Assembly (NCBI GenBank): GCA_041677685.1
Contig: JBAYPN010000001.1
Coordinates: 1 to 32,000, forward strand
Direction of reading: 5' to 3'
DNA length: 32,000 nucleotides
Source: an archaeon
GTDB lineage: Archaea > Iainarchaeota > Iainarchaeia > Iainarchaeales > CSSED10-239
The position numbers and the translations under genes are program-made. Below, piece by piece: positions 25,606 through 32,000 of the stretch (position 1 is the first letter of the stretch; every line of letters begins with the position of its first letter). The notes beneath the pieces were generated by a model, which saw nothing but the letters and a program-made list of their open reading frames with translations, did not search any database and had not been told where the DNA came from.

Positions 25606-28038
25606 ATGAACAAAGATATTTTTTCAAAAACTGGGATATTGATAGATGTTTATTATGATTCTTCTTTAAGGTTAGTAATTAGAGAAGAGAGTTCTAAAAG
25701 CACATATTCTTTTTCTTTCTTTCCCTACTTTTATTTAGTTCTAAAATTTGAAGCTTCTCCTCTTGATTTTAAAAAGTTAGAAACAAAATTAAGAGGTTTG
25801 AAAAAAATTACAAAAATTGAAAAAAAAGATTCTGATTTTATATATAAATTAGAATTTGAAGATATTGACTCTTTTATGAGTTCTAAAAATCATCTGTTAG
25901 AGAAAGATATTTACTTAAGTAGTCCTTATGAGATTAGAGAATATGATCTCTCTTTGGTGCATAGGTTCTTTTTAGATTATAAGATTTGTAATTTTTCAAA
26001 ATTAAATTTTACTGTAGATAAAGATAATCAAGTCTTAGATTTTAAAGTCTTAGATAACATCTTGATTGAAAATTTAAATTATTTAACATTTGATATTGAG
26101 GTTTTACCATCTAGTAGTTTAGAGTTTCCAAAACCAGATGACTCTCCTGTAATCTCTATAGCTATAAGTGATAATTTAGATAACAATTTTGTATTTTTAT
26201 TAGTTGGGGATGTTAATTTAGAAAAAACTAAACAGTTGTTAGAAAAAGAAACTAAGTTTAAAGTCTTTTTATTTTCAGAAGAAACTAAACTAATAGAGTC
26301 CTTTGCATTATTTGTTGGACAGAAAGACCCAGATGTCATCTTCACATATAACGGAGATGGTTTTGATTTTGAATATCTTTCTAAGAGGTATAAGGTTTTA
26401 AGTTCTAAGGTTTTAGATTTTGGTAAGAAAAAAATATGCTTTCACAAAAGTAGTAAAAAATCTGTGTCTGTAGAAGGCTCTGTCCATTTAGATGTTTATG
26501 TTTTAATAAAGTTACTTAACTATCTACAGGTTTTTAATCATTCAAAATTAGATCTTAACTCTGTATACCAAAAGATAACAGGTAATAAAAAATTATCTTT
26601 AGGCCCAAAGGAGATGAGGGACTGTTACTTAGACAAAGACTATAAAAAATTAATTGAATATAATTTGGATGATGTTTCTGCAACCCATGATTTAGGGATC
26701 AATTACTACAGCATTGTTAATGAAATTTCAAAACTTGTTCATGCTCCTTTTTTTGATATCTTAAGGACTTCTGCTGGAGCTATGGTTGAAAGATTGTTTA
26801 TTGATTATTTTGTAAACAACAATCAATTAGTCCCAAACAAACCAGATGGTTGGAAAATAAGCCAGAGACATAAATACACTTTCCAAGGTGCTTTTGTTAA
26901 AAAACCAATTGCTGGGCTTCATGAAGATATTGCCGTTGTTGACTTTAGAAGTTACCACATCTCTTTAATAATTGCATACAACATTAGCCCAGAAACAATT
27001 GTTGATGTCTTTGAAGAAAATACAAATTCTGTTTTAAACAAATTTATTAAAAAAGAACCAAAAGGCTTTGTTCCAAAAATCTTAGGCTCCCTTTTAGCTC
27101 TTAGAATTTCTATTAAAGAAAAGATAAAGGGTTTAGAAAAAAAAGACTCAAGAGAATATAGATCTCTTTTTGCAAAGCAATTTGCATTAAAAGTGCTTTT
27201 GGCCTCTACTTATGGGTATATGGGTTTTGCAGGAGCAAGATGGTATTGTAGAAATTGCTTAGACATCATGTATCATTTGGTAAGAACAAAAATCCAAAAC
27301 ACAATTAAGGCTTTTGAAGATAAGGGTTACACAGTTATCTATTCAGACACAGACTCTTGTTTTATAAAATTTAAAGATCTTTCTAAACTAAAAAAGGATT
27401 TAGAAAAAATAAACTTAGATCTTCCAAAATCAATGTTTTTAGAACTAGAGGATATTTTCAAATCAGGGATCTTTGTGCTTTCAAGAGATGGTAAAAGAGC
27501 AGCTAAAAAAAAATATGCTTTACTAAAGGAAGATGGGACTTTAAAGATTAAGGGCTTTGAGTTTGTAAGAAGGGACTGGTGCCCTTTTGTAAAAGAGGTT
27601 CAAAAGAAAGTCTTAGAGTTGGTTCTGGAAAAAAAAGATCCAAAAGAAGCAATAAACTTAGTTAAAAAAGCAATTTTAGATCTGCAAGAAAAGAAAGTGC
27701 CATTAGAGAAGATGATAATCCAATCTTTTGTTAGAAAAAATATAACAAAATACAAAAATATTAACCCTGCAATGTCTGCAGTTTTAGATGGGAGAAAAAG
27801 AGGAGCAAATGTTTCTGAAAAGGAAGTAATTGAATACATTATTACAGACAAACCATCTAAGACCATTTCCGAAAAAGCAAGACTAGTTGAGTTTGTAAAA
27901 GATAAAGAATATGATGTTGATTATTATTTAAACAATCAACTTCTACCAGCAGTCTTCTCAATCTTAGAAGTCTTTGATGTTTCCAAAGATGAGCTTGTAA
28001 ATGGTAAAAAGCAAAAGGGTTTGGGTGATTTCTTTTAA
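25606..28038 (+). CDS. polB: family B DNA polymerase
   Basis: Exo I FDIEV, Exo II YNGDGFDFEYL, Exo III YNLDDVSATHDL. Pol motif A DFRSYHISLII, motif B KVLLASTYGYMG, motif C YSDTDS, plus KKKYALL and GFEFVRRDW. No intein. Confidence 0.9.
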   Translation: MNKDIFSKTGILIDVYYDSSLRLVIREESSKSTYSFSFFPYFYLVLKFEASPLDFKKLETKLRGLKKITKIEKKDSDFIYKLEFEDIDSFMSSKNHLLEKDIYLSSPYEIREYDLSLVHRFFLDYKICNFSKLNFTVDKDNQVLDFKVLDNILIENLNYLTFDIEVLPSSSLEFPKPDDSPVISIAISDNLDNNFVFLLVGDVNLEKTKQLLEKETKFKVFLFSEETKLIESFALFVGQKDPDVIFTYNGDGFDFEYLSKRYKVLSSKVLDFGKKKICFHKSSKKSVSVEGSVHLDVYVLIKLLNYLQVFNHSKLDLNSVYQKITGNKKLSLGPKEMRDCYLDKDYKKLIEYNLDDVSATHDLGINYYSIVNEISKLVHAPFFDILRTSAGAMVERLFIDYFVNNNQLVPNKPDGWKISQRHKYTFQGAFVKKPIAGLHEDIAVVDFRSYHISLIIAYNISPETIVDVFEENTNSVLNKFIKKEPKGFVPKILGSLLALRISIKEKIKGLEKKDSREYRSLFAKQFALKVLLASTYGYMGFAGARWYCRNCLDIMYHLVRTKIQNTIKAFEDKGYTVIYSDTDSCFIKFKDLSKLKKDLEKINLDLPKSMFLELEDIFKSGIFVLSRDGKRAAKKKYALLKEDGTLKIKGFEFVRRDWCPFVKEVQKKVLELVLEKKDPKEAINLVKKAILDLQEKKVPLEKMIIQSFVRKNITKYKNINPAMSAVLDGRKRGANVSEKEVIEYIITDKPSKTISEKARLVEFVKDKEYDVDYYLNNQLLPAVFSILEVFDVSKDELVNGKKQKGLGDFF

Positions 28039-28067
28039 AATCCTTTTTAATTCATAAAATTATAATT

Positions 28068-28151
28068 ACAATTACAAATCATAATTAATAATTATAGAGC
28101 ACAAGACTAAAGCTACAATTACAAATTATAAATTCCAATTTCAAATCATAA
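28068..28151. repeat. three dispersed copies of a 17-bp motif (acaattacaaatcataa)
   Basis: Copies at 28068-28084, 28115-28131 (acaattacaaattataa) and 28135-28151 (ccaatttcaaatcataa), in the convergent 3' spacer between polB and the e2b gene. Confidence 0.8.
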
Positions 28152-28183
28152 ATTTAAATCACTAAATAAAAGGTTTTAAATGT

Positions 28184-29104
28184 CTACCTCTCAAACTTAT
28201 CCTGGTTAACCCAAAGATGCAAAGTCTCTGGAGAAAACACACCCACTTCAGTTATAAATTTATCAATCAACTCTTTTGGGATAATATCAAAAGCAGGATT
28301 TAATATTTGTAAGGTTTTTGGTCTCTTTTCTTCTTCCCAAACTTCATTAACATCTCTTGTTTCAATTGTTCCTTTGATGTTATACATAGCATCCATCTCA
28401 CAGCAATTTGTGGTTGTAAGGATTATGTGTGGTGTTTTAAAATTATTTGCCATTAAAGAAATTGTGTGTGTTCCAACCTTGTTCATAATTGATCCATCAG
28501 AAAAAATAACATCTGCACCTGTAAAAAAATAATCGCATTTTTTAAGAACTTGACTTACCCCAGAGTCAACAATCATTGTTGTCTTGATTCCATAATCACT
28601 TAAATTTTTGGCAGTAATCCTTCCTTGGTACCTAGGTCTTGTCTCTGTACAATAGACCTCAAAATCAACCCCTTTATCATGTGCAATCTTAAAAGCATTC
28701 TCTACTAAGGTTGAATGACAATGGGTCAATATTTTAGAACCCTTTTCAATAAGTTGAGAGGCAATTTCAGAAACTTTAAAGTTACCTTTTTCTGTATTTT
28801 CTTTATAATTTTTAATTTCTTCTATTAATTTCTTATTATTATCTTCTAGCCTATAATAGTAGGCCTTATATAAAATATAGTTAAGAGAATTTCTAAGTTT
28901 AGGTTCATTTGGTCTTTGCTTAACCAAATGATTAATATTTTCTTGCAAATTTTCTACAAATTTACTTTTATTCTTATCCTCAATTATAAATTCTTTAATT
29001 GCTTCAATTGCAGAAAGTTCAATATTACTGGCTCCCTGTATTTTAATATCCTTAATATCTTGTGCAATTTTTCTAATTTTTTCAGTAACAACCATTACTT
29101 TCAC
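28184..29104 (-). CDS. eIF-2B alpha/beta/delta-family protein (aIF-2BII / possible ribose-1,5-bisphosphate isomerase)
   Basis: IQGASNIELSAIEA..., LTHCHSTLV, TETRPRYQGR, GADVIFSDGSIMNKVGT. These are the family signature regions, including the Cys and Asp positions used by R15P isomerases. Confidence 0.75.
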   Translation of the reverse strand: MKVMVVTEKIRKIAQDIKDIKIQGASNIELSAIEAIKEFIIEDKNKSKFVENLQENINHLVKQRPNEPKLRNSLNYILYKAYYYRLEDNNKKLIEEIKNYKENTEKGNFKVSEIASQLIEKGSKILTHCHSTLVENAFKIAHDKGVDFEVYCTETRPRYQGRITAKNLSDYGIKTTMIVDSGVSQVLKKCDYFFTGADVIFSDGSIMNKVGTHTISLMANNFKTPHIILTTTNCCEMDAMYNIKGTIETRDVNEVWEEEKRPKTLQILNPAFDIIPKELIDKFITEVGVFSPETLHLWVNQDKFER

Positions 29105-29234
29105 CTTCCTCTTTATTAATTTATTTAATAGTATTATATTTAAAGGTTTTCTTTACATATTATATATGTATAATTATACTTCTTTTATAATATGATTGAT
29201 TATATTATTTTATTAATTTTGAGGTGAACTAAAC

Positions 29235-30287
29235 TTGAATAATACAGAAAGTAATAAGGAACTTGAAGCTTTTTTAGAAGCTTCTTTACCAAAGATATTT
29301 GTTATTGGTGTTGGTGGTAGTGGGAATAACACAATTGAAAGAATTAATTCTGTTGGGGTTGAAGGTGCAAACACAATTGCAATTAACACAGATGCTCAAG
29401 CTTTAATTAGAGTTAATGCTGATAAAAAAGTTTTAATTGGAAAAAAATCAACAAAAGGCTTAGGTGCAGGATCAAACCCAGATGTTGGTGCTTCTGCTGC
29501 CGAAGAATCAAAAGAGGAACTTCTTGAAATCTGTAAAGGTTCAAATTTAGTTTTTGTAACTTGTGGATTGGGTGGAGGTACTGGAACTGGTGCTGCTCCT
29601 GTTATGGCAAAGATCTCAAGAGAATCAGGAGCTTTGACAATTGGTGTTGTGACTTTACCTTTTGCAGTTGAGGGGAAGAGAAGAATTGATAATGCCTTGG
29701 CTGGTTTAGAGAAACTAAAAAAAGAAGTAGACACTTTAATTATTATTCCAAATGATAAGATTTTAGAGATTGCTCCTGACTTGCCTTTAAACATTGCTTT
29801 TCAAGAAGTTGATAAGATTCTAACAGAGGCAGTAAAAGGAATAATTGAATTGATAACAAAGGCAGGAATTATAAATCTTGATTTTGCTGATCTAAAAACT
29901 ATTCTTACAAAAGGTGGAATAGCAATGATCGGTGTTGGAGAATCATCTGTTGAGAAAGGAAATGAATCTAGGGCCATGGAAGCTGTAGAGAATGCTTTGA
30001 CTTCTCCATTATTAGACGTAGATATTTCTAGCTCAACTAGAGCATTAGTTAATGTTCTTGGTGGAAATGATCTTACCTTAAAAGAAGCGGAGATGATTGT
30101 TGAGACTGTTGCTTCTAAGATAAATGATGAAGCGCATATTATTTGGGGTGCAATGATTGATGATAACCTTGCTAAAAAGAAAGTAAAGGTTATGGTTGTG
30201 ATTGCAGGTGCAAACATACCTTACCTAGATGATGATTATGAACATTCTTCTAATAGAGATTTAGATCTAGAGATTGATAGTGTTTAA
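29235..30287 (+). CDS. ftsZ: cell division GTPase FtsZ
   Basis: GVGGSGNNTI, the tubulin signature GGGTGTGAAPV, and NLDFADL. The TTG start lies 7 nt after GAGGTGA. Confidence 0.92.
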   Translation: MNNTESNKELEAFLEASLPKIFVIGVGGSGNNTIERINSVGVEGANTIAINTDAQALIRVNADKKVLIGKKSTKGLGAGSNPDVGASAAEESKEELLEICKGSNLVFVTCGLGGGTGTGAAPVMAKISRESGALTIGVVTLPFAVEGKRRIDNALAGLEKLKKEVDTLIIIPNDKILEIAPDLPLNIAFQEVDKILTEAVKGIIELITKAGIINLDFADLKTILTKGGIAMIGVGESSVEKGNESRAMEAVENALTSPLLDVDISSSTRALVNVLGGNDLTLKEAEMIVETVASKINDEAHIIWGAMIDDNLAKKKVKVMVVIAGANIPYLDDDYEHSSNRDLDLEIDSV

Positions 30288-30296
30288 AGAAAGTGA

Positions 30297-30365
30297 GATT
30301 TAGAATAGAAACAACAAGATTTAGAAATAACAAGATTTAGAAACAACAAGATTTAGAAACAACAA
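30297..30365. repeat. 16-bp tandem repeat (gatttagaaacaacaa), 4 units
   Basis: Units start at 30297 (21-bp variant), 30318, 30334 and 30350. The block is bracketed by the 15-bp direct repeat gtttaaagaaagtga at 30282-30296 and 30371-30385. Confidence 0.9.
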
Positions 30366-30391
30366 ATGATGTTTAAAGAAAGTGAATGATT

Positions 30392-30556
30392 ATGAGTAAA
30401 TTAGGTGATTTTATTTCTTCTTCAAGAAGAATATTATCCATATCTAAAAAACCAACAAACAAGGAATTTTGGATGATGGCAAAAATAATTGGGTTAGGTA
30501 TAATTTTAATAGGTGTAGTTGGTTATTTAATAAAACTAATTGTTAGTTTTTTTTAA
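30392..30556 (+). CDS. secE: protein translocase subunit SecE (Sec61-gamma)
   Basis: Not in the supplied ORF track. The 54-aa protein MSKLGDFISSSRRILSISKKPTNKEFWMMAKIIGLGIILIGVVGYLIKLIVSFF has an amphipathic basic N-terminus and a single C-terminal TM helix. It sits in the conserved position upstream of spt5/nusG. Confidence 0.75.
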   Translation: MSKLGDFISSSRRILSISKKPTNKEFWMMAKIIGLGIILIGVVGYLIKLIVSFF

Positions 30557-30571
30557 GATGGTGGAATAGAT

Positions 30572-31009
30572 ATGATTTTTACAATAAGGACAACTGTTGG
30601 TCAAGAAAAAGTAATTATGGACCTTTTATATAATAAGATAAAACAAAATGAATTAGAGGTATATTCGCTTGTTGAAATGGCAGATCTAAAAGGTTATCTT
30701 TTGGTTGAAGCTGATTCTAAAAAAACAGCTGAGCTTCTAATACATAATGTGCCTCACATAAAGGGTGGAAAGATAGTTGAAGGAACAATTGAGATTAAAG
30801 AGATTGCAGGAGTCTTAGAGTCAAGACCGTTGATGACAGCAATTAAGCCTGGTCAAACAGTTGAAATAATATTAGGTCCTTTTAAGGGTTCAAGAGCAAA
30901 GGTTATAAGAGTTAACTTGGCAAAGGAAGAAGTTGTTATTGAATTGTTTGATGCTACTGTAAAAATCCCAATTACAATTAAAGCAGAGAATATTAAGGTG
31001 CTGAGTTAA
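30572..31009 (+). CDS. spt5: transcription elongation factor Spt5 (NusG)
   Basis: NGN domain (IFTIRTTVGQEKVIMD...GYLLVEA) and KOW motif (GQTVEIILGPFKGSRAKVIRV). A GGTGG SD lies upstream. Confidence 0.88.
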   Translation: MIFTIRTTVGQEKVIMDLLYNKIKQNELEVYSLVEMADLKGYLLVEADSKKTAELLIHNVPHIKGGKIVEGTIEIKEIAGVLESRPLMTAIKPGQTVEIILGPFKGSRAKVIRVNLAKEEVVIELFDATVKIPITIKAENIKVLS

Positions 31010-31130
31010 ATTAAACAGATTTAAAATAATTTAAATTTAAAAGAACAATTAAAAAACCTAAAAAATCAAATAATTAAGAACAAATTTAAAAATAAAAAAA
31101 AGAATTAAAAATTAAGAGAGTGATTATAAA

Positions 31131-31601
31131 ATGGCTACAATAAATGTTTTAGTTGATGGTGGAAAAGCAAATGCAGGTCCGCCAATTGGTCCAGCTTTAG
31201 GTCCTTTAGGAATAAATGCTATGGATGTTGTAAATGCAATTAATGAGAAAACAAAAGATTTACAAGGTATACAGATTCCTGTAAAAATAATTATTGATAA
31301 TAAGAAAAAATTCACAATTGAGGTTGGGTCTCCTCAAACAAGTGCTTTAATAAAAAAAGAACTAAATTTAAAGACTGCAACTGGAAAGGCAGGAACTGAA
31401 GTTACAGGAAATTTAAGTTTTGATCAAATATTAAAGATATCAAAAGCAAAATTCCCACAACTAATTTCTAAAGAACAAAAGTCAGCAGTTAAAGAGATTG
31501 CAGGGTCTTGTAGAACAATGGGTGTTACTATTGACAACCTACCTATTAAAGAAGTAATTAAATTAATAGATCAAGGAACTTATGATTCTAAGTTTTCTTA
31601 G
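31131..31601 (+). CDS. rpl11: 50S ribosomal protein L11 (uL11)
   Basis: GGKANAGPPIGPALGPLGINAMDVVNAINEKT is the canonical uL11 N-terminal motif. Conserved secE-spt5-L11 order. Confidence 0.92.
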   Translation: MATINVLVDGGKANAGPPIGPALGPLGINAMDVVNAINEKTKDLQGIQIPVKIIIDNKKKFTIEVGSPQTSALIKKELNLKTATGKAGTEVTGNLSFDQILKISKAKFPQLISKEQKSAVKEIAGSCRTMGVTIDNLPIKEVIKLIDQGTYDSKFS

Positions 31602-31602
31602 A

Positions 31603-31617
31603 TTTTTTCTTTTTTTT
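31603..31617 (+). terminator. oligo-T tract (T6CT8) 1 nt after the L11 stop codon
   Basis: ttttttctttttttt read directly. Archaeal intrinsic terminators are oligo-dT runs. Confidence 0.45.
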
Positions 31618-31707
31618 AAAAACAATAGGTTTTTAAGTATTTAATCTATCTATATTAGATAGATATATTTTAATAATATCTATATAAGTAAAAAGACGGT
31701 GATTTTC

Positions 31708-32000
31708 TTGAAAAAAAGTTTATTTATAATTATGTTTTTATTATTTTTTACAACAAGTGTTTTTGCATATACTGATTATGGGATAGTTGATCTTAAAGTG
31801 CCTACGAGTATAGTTTCTGGGCAAGAATTAGAAGTAAATATTACTTTAGCAAACAATAGTTCTTCAGAAGCTACCATTCCTTTAAGTATAATGATCTATT
31901 CCCCTTCTGCTAATCTTGTTTTTGATGTTGATTATTCTGTTACAATTTCTTCAGATTCAAGTTCTATAGAAACATATTTTCTTGATATTGATCAAAATAG
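31708..32000 (+). CDS. partial (3'-truncated) secreted protein, beta-sandwich/CARDB-like N-terminal domain
   Basis: Not in the supplied ORF track. The TTG start lies 5 nt after GGTGAT. (M)KKSLFIIMFLLFFTTSVFA|YTDYGIVDLKVPTSIVSGQELEVNITLANNSSSEATIPLSIMIYSP... has a signal peptide, and the frame is open to the window end. Confidence 0.55.
   Translation, partial: MKKSLFIIMFLLFFTTSVFAYTDYGIVDLKVPTSIVSGQELEVNITLANNSSSEATIPLSIMIYSPSANLVFDVDYSVTISSDSSSIETYFLDIDQN

Noticed and set aside
28068-28151. Possible mini-CRISPR (repeated 17-mers), and likewise the tandem arrays at 2574, 20628, 24173, 24685 and 30297
   Set aside because: The arrays are head-to-tail with no spacers. The 28068 copies are only 17 bp, imperfect and irregularly spaced. 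There are no cas genes and no leader-like organisation.
942-28916. Other short ORF-track entries overlapping confident genes on the opposite strand or in another frame (942-1124, 3260-3601, 7065-7301, 8949-9182, 11377-11577, 11649-11912, 12429-12611, 12987-13190, 13468-13719, 17046-17234, 17330-17527, 20766-20957, 24470-24658, 26079-26345, 27600-27866, 28916-29119, 31124-31315)
   Set aside because: All have low-complexity, Phe/Leu/Ile/Lys-rich translations typical of AT-rich noise. None has an SD or recognisable motifs, and each is explained by a confident overlapping gene.
29396-30217. Two antisense ORFs (132 and 138 aa) opposite ftsZ
   Set aside because: The sense strand encodes an unmistakable FtsZ. 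Long antisense frames of this kind are common opposite Gly/Ala/Val-rich genes.
30282-30385. MITE or IS remnant at the ftsZ-secE junction
   Set aside because: The direct repeats resemble a target-site duplication, but I see no terminal inverted repeats, no transposase and no other copies in the window. It is kept as a finding, but not called a mobile element.
1-32000. Defence island, prophage, toxin-antitoxin or secondary-metabolite cluster
   Set aside because: I found no nucleases, methyltransferases, integrases, capsid or terminase genes, TA-sized gene pairs or biosynthetic enzymes. Outside 4.9-8.4 kb and a few membrane proteins, every gene has a clear housekeeping assignment.

Overview
Very AT-rich, tightly packed archaeal chromosome segment. 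Archaeal markers include a histone, aEF-1beta with its Zn-ribbon partner, aIF5A, ABCE1, RFC large subunit, PCNA, family-B DNA polymerase, membrane LonB, and the FtsZ-SecE-Spt5-L11 gene order. The small proteins, AT richness and gene set suggest a DPANN-type (Pace-/Woese-/Nanoarchaeota-like) genome, but that is inference only. I support about 36 CDS and one tRNA-Arg(UCG). I found no rRNA, CRISPR array, transposase, integrase, or recognisable defence or toxin genes, so most of the window is ordinary housekeeping. Many starts are preceded by a GGTG(A)-type Shine-Dalgarno, and I used this to refine several of them (aEF-1beta GTG, aIF5A internal ATG, FtsZ TTG). The only accessory-looking block is about 4.9-8.4 kb. 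It holds a lysine-rich protein made of about 20 tandem 10-11-aa 'KAFGxKEtI' repeats with no family I recognise, followed by four small genes with archaeal class III (type IV pilin) signal peptides. This block is my best candidate for something undescribed, though I cannot show it is a single system. Other points worth checking: (1) six different AT-rich tandem-repeat arrays fill intergenic spacers, including divergent promoters and the ftsZ-secE junction, where an 89-bp repeat block is flanked by 15-bp direct repeats; (2) a P-loop kinase fused to dCMP deaminase sits next to tmk; (3) the PolB has an intact catalytic core, but the steric-gate Tyr (motif A) and the motif B Asn are both substituted.
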